This document shows positions 1 through 10,019 of a DNA stretch of 60,806 bases, in pieces. Position 1 is the first letter of the stretch; every line of letters starts with the position of its first letter. The notes under the pieces were generated by a model that was not told where the DNA came from, ran no database searches, and was given only the letters and a program-made list of their open reading frames with translations. Made by a program: the position numbers and the translations under genes. The DNA is from a virus (Duplodnaviria; Caudoviricetes): positions 1 to 60,806 of the IMG/VR virus record IMGVR_UViG_3300048573_000207; one strand, 5' to 3'.

Positions 1-548
1 GATACGATTGTACCACTGAAATCCTTAAGGAATGCACCTCAAAAGAAGAAGTGGCAGAACTTGGAATATATTACAGTGAATTATGGAATATAGTCGAAAG
101 TGATGATTGGGCTAATCTGATAGCAGAAAATGGTGATGGTGGTGGTGTTAAAGGCAAGCCCAAATCGGAGCAGGCCAAAGCTAACATGAGAGGTAAAACT
201 CGTTCAGAAGAAACCAAGGGTAAGATGTCTAAGCCCAAATCGGAGGAGGCCATAGCTAACATGAGAGGTAGAATAGTCTCAGCAGAAACCAAATCAAGAA
301 TATCCGCCGCTAACAAGGGCAAAACTCGTTCGGAAGAAACCAAATCAAGAATATCCGCTGCTAACAAGGGCAAAACTCCCTCAGAAGAGGCCAAAGCTAA
401 AATGTCTACTGCTGCCAAAGGTAGAATCGTCTCAGAAGAAACCAAATTAAGAATATCCGCTGCTCAAATTGGTAAACCTAAATCAGAAGAGACGCGAGCC
501 AAGATGCGTAAACCTAAATCACCTCGAAAGAAACCAGAGCTAAACTAA
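1..548 (+). CDS. Free-standing homing endonuclease (GIY-YIG-like family) with NUMOD3-like repeats; 5'-truncated by window edge
   Basis: Frame is open from position 3 (YDCTTEILKEC...WNIVESDDWANL..ENGDGG), followed by repeated SEETKxRISAANKGK motifs. Confidence 0.75.
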   Translation, partial: YDCTTEILKECTSKEEVAELGIYYSELWNIVESDDWANLIAENGDGGGVKGKPKSEQAKANMRGKTRSEETKGKMSKPKSEEAIANMRGRIVSAETKSRISAANKGKTRSEETKSRISAANKGKTPSEEAKAKMSTAAKGRIVSEETKLRISAAQIGKPKSEETRAKMRKPKSPRKKPELN

Positions 549-633
549 GAGGTAAACTCACTCAATGAGTAACCCAAGACCAAAATATCCGAGACTGTTC
601 ACCAACGGTAATATCCCTACTTTATCAAAACGG

Positions 634-639
634 TAAATA
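634..639 (+). promoter_or_regulatory. T4-late-like promoter motif TAAATA (also at 6491, 18744, 19395, 21557, 31036, 46832; TAAGTA at 34763, 37246)
   Basis: Recurs in short intergenic gaps before structural and nuclease genes; resembles T4 TATAAATA. Confidence 0.65.
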
Positions 640-657
640 GGTATGGAGAAACTTTTA

Positions 658-1305
658 ATGAAGATCAATGAGCTAAATTCCCGCATTGTTGCAGTGTACG
701 CCGGCCGTTTCCATCCGTTTCATCATGGACATGCTGAAGTGTTTCGTGAACTTGCTGGCAAGTTTGGTATCAACAATACTTACATCACTTCTAGTGGCAA
801 AGTAGAGCCAGAAAAGAGTCCGTTTACTTTTGCTGAAAAGGCTGTTATGATGCAAGCCGCTGGCGTACCAAAAAAGAACATTGTAGAAGAAACAGTGCCA
901 TACGCACCTGTCAACTTGCCTTCTAAATTGAGTCTTGATCCAAACAAGGACATTATGGTCTTTGGCGTAGGCCAAAAGGACATGGCCGAAGATCCTCGCT
1001 TTGCATTTAAACCGCTAAAAGATGGAAGCCCAAGTTATTTCCAGCCATACACTGGCAAAAATTTACAGCCATTTAGCAATGCAAAAAATGCTGATGGTAC
1101 TCGTGCCGGCCATGCTTACATATACCCTGTACGTGACGTACAGTTCAGCATAGCTGGTCAAACAATCAACAGTGCAAGTCAAATTAGAAACTTGTACAAA
1201 GCCGCCGTCGATGAAGGCCGTGTGGCAATTTTACACGAACTATACCCCAACGGTGGTGCATTAGTTGACAAGATCAAACGCATCTTTGATGCCAAGTTAG
1301 GATAA
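658..1305 (+). CDS. Cytidylyltransferase-like (HxGH) nucleotidyltransferase
   Basis: GRFHPFHHGH motif and C-terminal SASQIR; GGAGA RBS favours ATG 658 over 643. Confidence 0.75.
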   Translation: MKINELNSRIVAVYAGRFHPFHHGHAEVFRELAGKFGINNTYITSSGKVEPEKSPFTFAEKAVMMQAAGVPKKNIVEETVPYAPVNLPSKLSLDPNKDIMVFGVGQKDMAEDPRFAFKPLKDGSPSYFQPYTGKNLQPFSNAKNADGTRAGHAYIYPVRDVQFSIAGQTINSASQIRNLYKAAVDEGRVAILHELYPNGGALVDKIKRIFDAKLG

Positions 1306-1308
1306 GCC

Positions 1309-1944
1309 GTGGCAAATTTAGATAATCGAGTCACCATCGAATTCAAAGCGTTTGCAGAAATGGGAACCACAGTCGAAAGTGGTCGAAAGAACGCTTCAAG
1401 TGCCCCACGTTCATCAACTTATAAGGAACCAGGTCAGCAACACATCTTAACTTGGCCAACAACTCCTAAAATTTCACAAAGCATTGAAGTAAATTACAGC
1501 ACTTGGGAATTGCAACACACTAACTATCAGCCAAGTGCATTTGGTAATCGCTCAACACCTGTTGTTACTATTTCAGGTCCGTGGATTAGCCGCACAACCC
1601 AAGAAGCACAAGCTACACTAAATGCAATTCATTTGCTTCGCTCAGCGACAAGTATGTTTTACGGCCGCGAAGACAAAAATAAAGGAACACCTCCTCCAAT
1701 TGGACGACTAAATGCTCACGGCTTATACAGCAACACACCGGTGGTTGTAAAGACATTTCAATACGACTATCCAAATGATGTTGATTATATTACTGTACCT
1801 ATGTTCAATGGTCAGCAATCAGTGCCAGTACTGTTTGAAATGAGTGTTAGTTTGATTGTTCAAATCAATGCAGTAGAAGCAGTTAAGGAATACACCTTAG
1901 AAAATTTCTACACTGGCAAATTATTAGGAAACGGATACATTTAA
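1309..1944 (+). CDS. Baseplate / tail-tube initiator-like protein
   Basis: First gene of the baseplate operon, directly before the gp53-like gene; size and beta-rich sequence fit. Confidence 0.5.
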   Translation: MANLDNRVTIEFKAFAEMGTTVESGRKNASSAPRSSTYKEPGQQHILTWPTTPKISQSIEVNYSTWELQHTNYQPSAFGNRSTPVVTISGPWISRTTQEAQATLNAIHLLRSATSMFYGREDKNKGTPPPIGRLNAHGLYSNTPVVVKTFQYDYPNDVDYITVPMFNGQQSVPVLFEMSVSLIVQINAVEAVKEYTLENFYTGKLLGNGYI

Positions 1945-1945
1945 A

Positions 1946-2245
1946 ATGGCAACCACTGGAAAGAATCAATACGCCAATACGCCAATTACAGACTTTTATC
2001 TTGACCTGGCCAAGTTGCCAACAGCCGCAGACATTGTCAATGGCAAAACTACAGAAACAATTGTCGTGGGACCAAAGTACCAACACCGCCCAGACTTACT
2101 GAGCTATTCACTTTACGGCAATAGCAGTTATTGGTGGGTGATTGCGCTAATCAATCGTAATCAACTTCGTGACCCAATTAGAGATTTAAAAACTGGCATG
2201 GTACTTCGTGTATTGAGCAAAGCAGATATCGCTGGAGTAGTCTAA
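1946..2245 (+). CDS. Baseplate wedge protein, T4 gp53-like (LysM-like)
   Basis: YQHRPDLLSYSLYGNSSYWWVI motif. Confidence 0.85.
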   Translation: MATTGKNQYANTPITDFYLDLAKLPTAADIVNGKTTETIVVGPKYQHRPDLLSYSLYGNSSYWWVIALINRNQLRDPIRDLKTGMVLRVLSKADIAGVV

Positions 2246-4326
2246 TGGCAACAGAAAAACCAACATACAACGACAACATTGGCTTACCTGAAATTCATTA
2301 TAACCCGTTACAAAATTATCGCAACGTAACTTACAACACCAGACTAACAATGATGCCTGCTGCTGAAGCAACAAAGTCTCGTCTTGACAGAAGTTATGAT
2401 TACAAAAAGGGAACTGTAATTTGGGAAACAGGTGGCGCTGGCACAGTGTATCTCGAAGAACTAACAATGGAGTGTGTTGGTGCAGGCAATAAGACTGGCA
2501 ACTATGTAACACAACTACCAATTAACTTTAAAGGCAAAGTAGTAGAGCCATTGGGCGGACGCTTTATTGAACAGCTAAGTCTTGCAGCAATGGACTTGGG
2601 TTATAAAAGCAATGACGGCGTTTATCTATTTGAAATTTCCTTTACAGGATTCAATACAGACTCTGACATGCCGGAAGTATGCAAGGGCTGGGAAGGCGAA
2701 GACTTGATCTATCGTTGGTATATTAGATTGAATCAACTTAACATGCAGCTTGATTACAAAGGCAGCACTTACGATTTTGAATTTGTTGTAGCAGCAGGTC
2801 AAGCACTAAACACAGATTACACTAACTTAGAAGAAGGCTTTAGAATGGTAGGCTCTCCAGAGACCATTGGAAGTTTTTGCAAAGAGTTGGCTGACGCACT
2901 TAACAAGCGTGAAAAAGAACACGTTGATGCGGGCATCCGTTGCATACCGCACAAGTACGTTATTACTGCACACAAGGACATTGCAAACTTAAAAGTAAAG
3001 AGTGGCTTTTGGTCACGTCAAACATTTAGCTGGCTAATTGGTCGCGGCGAAATGCAAGGCAAACCCGGCCAAAGTATTCAGACGTTTATCCTAGGTGCCA
3101 TTGCCAACAGCGAAGACATGCTAAAGCACTTGCACCGCATCCCAGAAAAGAAAGACTACAACAGTCCCGACACTAAGCCTGGCAAGCTAGAGTACGTTCC
3201 TCGAAATGTTGTTGTAATTCCCGGCTCCAAAGATGTAGAAGAAAACAAGTCTTATGCATTTGATCCCAAGTTAGGAAGTTCTGCAAAAGAGATTCACTTC
3301 TTTGTTACAACAAAAGAAGATCCGCGAAACATTATTAGTCCGCAGGAATACAAGGATGCACAAGATCCTGCTGAGCGCAACAAACGTGTAGACAATTGGA
3401 TTAAAAAAGGTTTGTTGAGAAAAGTCTATAAGTGGATCTACACCGGCGAAAACTCTGAAGTTATAAACACAAGTTTGAAGCTTGATTACATGTGGCGTAA
3501 TGTTCGTCCACTATGGGTCAGTGCAGAAAGCGGCAAGCCAATTGCACCTGTTGGTACAGCGGCCACAGCCAAAGAAAAAACACCAGCAGCTGGCCCTAAA
3601 TCTATCAAGTGTGATGATGCCAAGACTGTTGGAACAGAACAGCAACGTGTAGCAGCAACGTATGCCGAAGACGCAGAGTTTAATACTGCCACTGGCAAAA
3701 TTGATCCTAAGCCAGGTTGGTATCCGCACATGCCACAATTTTATCATATGAATACTGGTGTTGCCCAACAAAGCCAGCAAGGTGCATTGGCCGCAGAAAA
3801 TGCCAACGAATATAGTGTGTATCGACAAATTGGTGCTAACTTGTCAGGCAGCGGCGAAATGATTAAATTGGATCTTGAAGTCGTTGGCGACCCATATTGG
3901 CTAATGCAAATTCCCGGAACACCTGGTAACCCACCATGGGAAGAAGATGTATGGGAATATGAAAAAGAACAATTAACAGAAGACCAAATGGCAGAAAAGC
4001 GAAAGAAGACTGCAACACATACTTGGTTGCCGTTTATCTACTTTGAAGCTCAAATCCCTTCTGCAACAAATAACAATACAGCAGACACAATGCAACTACG
4101 TCAGTCTGATGCTATCAGTGGCGTTTATTACACTATGAGATTAACAAACAAGTTTGTCAAAGGCAAGTTTACATCTAATTTAGAATGTGCAAGAGAGACT
4201 TTATCAAATCCGTGGACAGGTAAAGCCCCGACTCAGGCAAGTGGATCATCAACTCCTGGTAGTGCAGCAGCAACAGGACCAAATAATGCCGGCGTTGACG
4301 CAATGGGCAATGTAACTGGATATTAA
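2245..4326 (+). CDS. Baseplate hub protein (gp27/VgrG-like, putative)
   Basis: Lies between gp53-like and gp5-like genes; C-terminal LEVVGDPYW and GVYY...F.KGKFT..L motifs. Confidence 0.55.
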   Translation: MATEKPTYNDNIGLPEIHYNPLQNYRNVTYNTRLTMMPAAEATKSRLDRSYDYKKGTVIWETGGAGTVYLEELTMECVGAGNKTGNYVTQLPINFKGKVVEPLGGRFIEQLSLAAMDLGYKSNDGVYLFEISFTGFNTDSDMPEVCKGWEGEDLIYRWYIRLNQLNMQLDYKGSTYDFEFVVAAGQALNTDYTNLEEGFRMVGSPETIGSFCKELADALNKREKEHVDAGIRCIPHKYVITAHKDIANLKVKSGFWSRQTFSWLIGRGEMQGKPGQSIQTFILGAIANSEDMLKHLHRIPEKKDYNSPDTKPGKLEYVPRNVVVIPGSKDVEENKSYAFDPKLGSSAKEIHFFVTTKEDPRNIISPQEYKDAQDPAERNKRVDNWIKKGLLRKVYKWIYTGENSEVINTSLKLDYMWRNVRPLWVSAESGKPIAPVGTAATAKEKTPAAGPKSIKCDDAKTVGTEQQRVAATYAEDAEFNTATGKIDPKPGWYPHMPQFYHMNTGVAQQSQQGALAAENANEYSVYRQIGANLSGSGEMIKLDLEVVGDPYWLMQIPGTPGNPPWEEDVWEYEKEQLTEDQMAEKRKKTATHTWLPFIYFEAQIPSATNNNTADTMQLRQSDAISGVYYTMRLTNKFVKGKFTSNLECARETLSNPWTGKAPTQASGSSTPGSAAATGPNNAGVDAMGNVTGY

Positions 4327-4327
4327 T

Positions 4328-6463
4328 ATGAAAGTAAATTCAAACGGCGGAAATACAAGTGGTGGAACAGGTGCAGCCGGCAGTAAGATGCACGGCGTCT
4401 TCATTGGCAAAGTTAAAGACAATATTGATCCTGAAGGTTTAGGACGACTTCGTGTTTGGATTCCACAACTAAGTGCAGCCACAGAAACAAATTCACAAAG
4501 CTGGTTTACTGTAAGATACTGCCCTCCTTTTGCTGGAGCAACAAATACCAAAGATGAGTCGCAGGCCACGGATGCAACAAAGTACGCACAAACAAATCAA
4601 AGTTATGGAATGTGGATGGTACCACCTGATAAAAACGTGCAAGTTATTTGCAGTTTTATCAATGGCGAATTACACCAAGGTATTTGGTGGGCATGCTTGC
4701 CGCACGATGGGCATACACATGCAATACCGGCAGTTGCGTCGGGCACAACTCACAACGGCGAAACTGCCCCATTGGCCGAACGCAACAGATTTAATACAGT
4801 AGATCCTGATTCTACACGTAGACCTTCTCATCCACTAAACAACGTCATTAGGCGCCAAGGTTTAGAAAAGGATCTGCGCCGCGGACACATCAATGGTGGC
4901 CCTTTTAGAAACAAAGAAAAGCACACTGGTTTAACTTACGGCATCTTGACACCTGGCCAGCATCAGTTTGTAATGGATGATGGTGAAGGTTTCAAAAACG
5001 GCCAAATCAGATTACGCACTGCCTCTGGTAATACTTTTATCATGGACAACGACGAAGGCTTTATCTATTTTATCAACGCAACAGGTAATGCGTGGATGCA
5101 GTTAGACAAAGAAGGCAACGTGGACGTATATGCTGCTGGCGACTACTCTGTAAACGCAGAAGGCAGTATCAACCTTCGTGCTGGCAACAACATCAACATG
5201 GATGCTGGCAACAACATCAATGCAGCCGCAGCAAACAATTTTGAATTAGAAGCGTGTGAAGTGTTTAACGTAACTGGTACAACCGGCATGAAGTTAAGCA
5301 CGGGACAAAACATGAACATTCTTGCTGACAGTCAGTTTAAAATGACAGGTCAGCGTATTGATTTGAATGGTCCCGAAGCAGAACGTGCTGCATTGCCAAA
5401 GTCTAATAGCTTGGTATCAAATACCACAGTAGGTAAAAGTATTGCCGGCCGTGTGCCCGAAGCTGAACCCTACGGTGGCCACGCTAGTAAAGGTGGAGAA
5501 CAGCCTACCGTAGTTCCAGGATCTGCACCAATTGACGATCCAACAATCAGCCCTGCCCCAGAAAGCTACGAAGACAAGCCAGCACCAGAAACAACGGATG
5601 CCATTGCTTGCGTACCAGACGTAACACAAAATAAGTTAAGCGACGAAGGCTTTGCAGTATTGTTAAGTCGCGAAGCATATCGCGGCATGATGTATTCAGA
5701 CTTCCAAGGATACTCAAACGGTTACGGAACTCGTGTTGATATTTTTGGGCCAGATAATCCTGCAAGCAAAATTGATACAAATTTAAAACAAGCTCTGCTT
5801 GCAGGCCCAAGCGAAGCTGAAGCAAGACTAATCACACGACAAATCATTGACCGTCATGTAACCCCAGCTGTTGTTGGTACGTTATCAAAAGAAAAAGCCG
5901 GAGCTGGCAAAGAAGTGTGTATTACACAATCTCAAATTGACGCACTTATTATTGCAGCATACGGTAATCCAGGCGCAGCCAATAATATGGCACGTGAATT
6001 GGTTGCAAGTGGAGTCAGAAGTGCCGACGGCAAACCAACTAATGCAGATATTGCAAAAATATGGAGCAATAGCAGATATTCTAATAGCTCTAACCAAAAA
6101 AACAACGAAGCAGCGTATGCAATGACCGGGAAAATGAACGGAGATGCAAAATCTGCCGATCCGTTGAAACAAATGAAATCTGGTATTAAAGCAGACGAAG
6201 CAGCGGTTAAAAATAATAAAGCTCGCAATCCTGACACCCCTTGGGCAAGATCACTTGGCAACGGTCCAGTGACTGGCCGTAAAAGCGAAGCGGCTTATAC
6301 AAAGCCAACAGCACAACAATCGGCCCAATGGGAGCGAAGTTATTATCTAAATACTGGTAATGTGCCGTTTGGTAGCAATCTAACGGTGGCCCAATTACGA
6401 GACAAGTACGGAGTGCCTCACATTGGAACCAATTATCCACCTGGTGCACCGTCTAAGGCTTAA
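4328..6463 (+). CDS. Baseplate spike, T4 gp5-like (OB-fold, beta-helix, C-terminal lysozyme-like domain)
   Basis: GKVKDNIDPEGLGRLRVWIP OB-fold; AGNNINMDAGNNIN beta-helix repeats; EAYRGMMYSD..GYG and TQSQIDAL resemble GH24 lysozyme. Confidence 0.85.
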   Translation: MKVNSNGGNTSGGTGAAGSKMHGVFIGKVKDNIDPEGLGRLRVWIPQLSAATETNSQSWFTVRYCPPFAGATNTKDESQATDATKYAQTNQSYGMWMVPPDKNVQVICSFINGELHQGIWWACLPHDGHTHAIPAVASGTTHNGETAPLAERNRFNTVDPDSTRRPSHPLNNVIRRQGLEKDLRRGHINGGPFRNKEKHTGLTYGILTPGQHQFVMDDGEGFKNGQIRLRTASGNTFIMDNDEGFIYFINATGNAWMQLDKEGNVDVYAAGDYSVNAEGSINLRAGNNINMDAGNNINAAAANNFELEACEVFNVTGTTGMKLSTGQNMNILADSQFKMTGQRIDLNGPEAERAALPKSNSLVSNTTVGKSIAGRVPEAEPYGGHASKGGEQPTVVPGSAPIDDPTISPAPESYEDKPAPETTDAIACVPDVTQNKLSDEGFAVLLSREAYRGMMYSDFQGYSNGYGTRVDIFGPDNPASKIDTNLKQALLAGPSEAEARLITRQIIDRHVTPAVVGTLSKEKAGAGKEVCITQSQIDALIIAAYGNPGAANNMARELVASGVRSADGKPTNADIAKIWSNSRYSNSSNQKNNEAAYAMTGKMNGDAKSADPLKQMKSGIKADEAAVKNNKARNPDTPWARSLGNGPVTGRKSEAAYTKPTAQQSAQWERSYYLNTGNVPFGSNLTVAQLRDKYGVPHIGTNYPPGAPSKA

Positions 6464-6501
6464 GATATAACCCAGCTTAATAAAACTTGGTAAATAGGTG
6501 T

Positions 6502-6882
6502 ATGCCAATTTACACATCAAAATTTCGCGGATACAGCTCAATTGGAACTAGTTTTTTAAGTCCAGTGCTTTACGATCTTGCCCTTGCAAAACAAGACTTA
6601 TTAAATCATTTTAACACTCGCAAAGGCGAGCGTATTATGATGCCAGAATTTGGCAGCATAGTATGGGACATGCTTTTTGAGCCATTGGACAGTCGCACAA
6701 TCAATTTAATTGACTCGGATGTGCGTTCGATTATTAAAAATGATCCACGTTGGTTACTGCAAAGTGTAGAAATTAGCGAAGGCCCCAATGCACTTAACAT
6801 TGAAGTTACAGTGACATATTTGCCATCAAACGAAACAGTAGTATTACCATTGGTATACGATAAAGGAACGAATACATTATGA
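6502..6882 (+). CDS. Baseplate wedge subunit, T4 gp25-like
   Basis: TRKGERIMMPEFGSIVWDMLFEP...DPR motif. Confidence 0.9.
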   Translation: MPIYTSKFRGYSSIGTSFLSPVLYDLALAKQDLLNHFNTRKGERIMMPEFGSIVWDMLFEPLDSRTINLIDSDVRSIIKNDPRWLLQSVEISEGPNALNIEVTVTYLPSNETVVLPLVYDKGTNTL

Positions 6883-9800
6883 GCCAAACTAGACGCTTGG
6901 GACAATTAAATGCAGCCGAAGGCTGGCTAAACAATTATCGTTATCTGGTAAACGCAGACTTCAAAGCATATGACTTTGAAAGCCTAAGAACTGCTTTACT
7001 AAATTACATCCAATTAAATTATCCCGAAGACTTTAACGACTTTATCAGCTCAAGCGAATACGTTGCACTAGTTGACTTGATGTCTTTTATGGGACAAAAC
7101 TTGGCATTCCGCAGTGACTTGAACTTGCGTGAAACATTTTTAGAAACAGCAGAAGTGCGCGGCAATGTATTAAGCATTGCTCGTCAACTTGGCTATAAGT
7201 CATTCCGTAACGGTGCAGCCACGGGCTTCTTAAAGATTACTTCTGTAACAACTACACAAGAATTATATGACAGCAAAGGTACAAACTTAGCCGGCAAAAC
7301 TATTGTGTGGGCAGACCCGCTAAACTTAGACTTCAATGAACAGTTTTCTTTAATTCTAAATCAAGCACTAAACAAATCTAATCCAATTGGCCGTCCAGTA
7401 AGCTCAATTTCTACAAACGGTGTGTCTCGTCAATTATACGAACTTGACCAACCAGACACACGAACAATGGTAGAGTCATTTAGCCTAACAGCACGAAACA
7501 ACAACAGCTATCCATGTGAGATCGTTCCTGTTACAATTGACACTGCCACAGAGCTTGCAACAGAAAACACACCAAATCCTTATGGACGCCAAACTGTACT
7601 GTTTAACAATGACGGCACTGGTTACGGTTCTACTACCAATGGCTGGTTTTTTATGTTCAAACAAGGTTCATTGAAGTTTGAAGATTTTGTATTAAACACA
7701 CGAGTAGAAAATCGTGTTATTGATTTACAAGGCAGCAACATAAATGAAACAGACGTGTGGGTACAAAGTGTTGATTCAGACGGTAAAGTATTGTACGAAT
7801 GGACTCCTGTTCCCAATACAAACAACAAGAACATTGTGTTCAACGCAGTGTCTAAAGACGTAAGAAAGGTATACGAAGTTATTACTCGAGAAAACGATTC
7901 TGTGTCATTAAAATTTGGCGATGACGTTTTTGCAGACATTCCCACAGGTAACATTCGTGTTTGGTATCGCGAAAGCGCAAATGAAACGCTGACAATTTCT
8001 GGCAATGATGTAGCAGGTTTAGAAATGTCAATTCGTTTTGTTGACAGTACATTTACAGAACAAGACTTAACAGTTACACTTGAGCTGACAACAGCAGCAT
8101 CAAGCACTGCTGGAGAAACACTGGAGCAAATTAAGAATCGTGCAAGTCGTACCAGCGCAAGCCAGGACCGTATGATCACTGCCAGTGACTATAACATCTA
8201 TCCTGAAGGCAAAGTGAGCGGAGTAGACAAGATCAAAGCAGTCAACAGAACACATGCTGGCCAAAGTGTTTATGCAGACTTGTCGGACCCAACAGGTACA
8301 TACCGTTCAGTTATCACTTTTGCCGATGATGGCTTTGTATACGAAACTGAAGTAGTAACTGAAGATTCAAGAGACGCAGTCATTGGAGCCCAAGAGTTAT
8401 TGTCATGGGTTGAAAACAGTTTATTAAACAGACAGTTGGCACAGCTATACTATAAAAAATATAGTCCAATTAAGCCAACAGTTGGTACAAATTTAAAGTG
8501 GGTAACAGTAAGCTCGGGCAACGCAACAACAACTGGCTATTTTTCAATAACTTCCAACAATAGCCCATTACGTGTTGGCCGTGGGAGTCCTGATTTAAAG
8601 TTTAGAACAATTGGTAAAAATACTCTGGTAAAAACTGCAAACGGAGTATGGACTCGTGTGCTAGACGTTTACCGCGAAGGTTTAGGTGTTAGTGATAACA
8701 CTGGCGACAATACCGGCTTACGTGCCAATGGCCAAGGCTCGCTATTTGTTAATTCGATATTGCCAACTATTGCAATTGAATCGTGGTTCCCGGCATTGCG
8801 TACAATGTTTACGCCAACTGAACAACAAGAAATTCTCCGGGAGATTCGCGCAGGCCGTAGCTTTGGTTTAAAGTATGCCAACACTGCGACTCAGCAAAAC
8901 CGTTGGAAAATTATTCCTGCCGACTCTGTTGAAACTGCGGGCAACTTTGTTGTGCCAACAGATGCAAATGAAAATTCAGGTGCGTCTTGGTTGGTTCGAT
9001 TAGAGTATGACTCTACAACAAGCACATGGACATTATTCTCTAGAAATGATCAAACAGTGTTTGGCAGTGTAGATCAGTTGACGTTTCAAAATCAACGGTT
9101 TGGACAAACAGTCGACTCAGCAGCTAAACGAGCATTAAAAGACACAATTAAATTCCTAACACAAAATGGTTTGGAAAACGAACTAACATTGGATGTTGCC
9201 GACTACTTTAAGTTAGATGACGGACGATATGACTCGTCCAGAGTCATGCTATTGCTTCCGGGTCTAAGTGAAAACTTAGCACCAAATGATCCTGACGTAA
9301 TCAGTAAACTGATTACCGGCAATTTACAACTTAAAAAAGTACAATTTGTCGATACCAAAGGTCAATACACATTAAAGCCGTCTGACACCACTGGCGTAGT
9401 CATGCCTGGGCGTAAAGATCTGCGCGTACAAAATACACACGTACCACTACGAGATAACCGCGTTGACGCAGCAACTACAAATATTGTTGACATGTATGTA
9501 TTAACATCAAATTATAACAGTGCTTATCGCGCCTGGGTAAACTCTGGAGCCGACGCTACAACAAAGCCAGTGACATTGACATCATATGGTTTAGAAAAAC
9601 TAATGAGCTCTATTATTCCGTATAAAAGCATCAGTGATAGCATTGTGTTTCATCCTGTGAATTACAAAGTTATATTTGGTAAGACAGCCGATATTAGAAA
9701 TCAAGTCACTATCCGTATTACAAAGAGCGAAACAACAAGAATCAGTGACGCAGAAATTCGCAGTCGAGTTGTTGGTGCTATTAATCAATACTTCTCTGTT

Positions 9801-10007
9801 GACAACTGGGAATTTGGCGAAACATTTTATTTCACTGACATGGCATCTTGGATACATAAACAGTTAGGTGGAGTCATTAGTAGTATTGTGCTAGTGCCAA
9901 AGCAAAAACAGTTAACAAGCAATGACTTGTTTCAAATCCCATGTGAAGACGATGAGATTTTTATTAGCAGTGCAACGGTAAATGACGTTGAAGTAGTTTC
10001 AAATTAA
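6879..10007 (+). CDS. Baseplate wedge subunit, T4 gp6-like
   Basis: DFESLR..L, ETFLETA..R..V..IARQLGY, FGD...IP.G and QDRMITASDY motifs. Confidence 0.85.
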   Translation: MSQTRRLGQLNAAEGWLNNYRYLVNADFKAYDFESLRTALLNYIQLNYPEDFNDFISSSEYVALVDLMSFMGQNLAFRSDLNLRETFLETAEVRGNVLSIARQLGYKSFRNGAATGFLKITSVTTTQELYDSKGTNLAGKTIVWADPLNLDFNEQFSLILNQALNKSNPIGRPVSSISTNGVSRQLYELDQPDTRTMVESFSLTARNNNSYPCEIVPVTIDTATELATENTPNPYGRQTVLFNNDGTGYGSTTNGWFFMFKQGSLKFEDFVLNTRVENRVIDLQGSNINETDVWVQSVDSDGKVLYEWTPVPNTNNKNIVFNAVSKDVRKVYEVITRENDSVSLKFGDDVFADIPTGNIRVWYRESANETLTISGNDVAGLEMSIRFVDSTFTEQDLTVTLELTTAASSTAGETLEQIKNRASRTSASQDRMITASDYNIYPEGKVSGVDKIKAVNRTHAGQSVYADLSDPTGTYRSVITFADDGFVYETEVVTEDSRDAVIGAQELLSWVENSLLNRQLAQLYYKKYSPIKPTVGTNLKWVTVSSGNATTTGYFSITSNNSPLRVGRGSPDLKFRTIGKNTLVKTANGVWTRVLDVYREGLGVSDNTGDNTGLRANGQGSLFVNSILPTIAIESWFPALRTMFTPTEQQEILREIRAGRSFGLKYANTATQQNRWKIIPADSVETAGNFVVPTDANENSGASWLVRLEYDSTTSTWTLFSRNDQTVFGSVDQLTFQNQRFGQTVDSAAKRALKDTIKFLTQNGLENELTLDVADYFKLDDGRYDSSRVMLLLPGLSENLAPNDPDVISKLITGNLQLKKVQFVDTKGQYTLKPSDTTGVVMPGRKDLRVQNTHVPLRDNRVDAATTNIVDMYVLTSNYNSAYRAWVNSGADATTKPVTLTSYGLEKLMSSIIPYKSISDSIVFHPVNYKVIFGKTADIRNQVTIRITKSETTRISDAEIRSRVVGAINQYFSVDNWEFGETFYFTDMASWIHKQLGGVISSIVLVPKQKQLTSNDLFQIPCEDDEIFISSATVNDVEVVSN

Positions 10008-10019
10008 TAAGGCAAAGAG

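Noticed and set aside
71-445. Long antisense ORFs over NUMOD3 and other repeats (also 31202-31729, 7622-8179 and similar)
   Set aside because: They fully overlap better-supported genes and have no RBS or recognisable motifs
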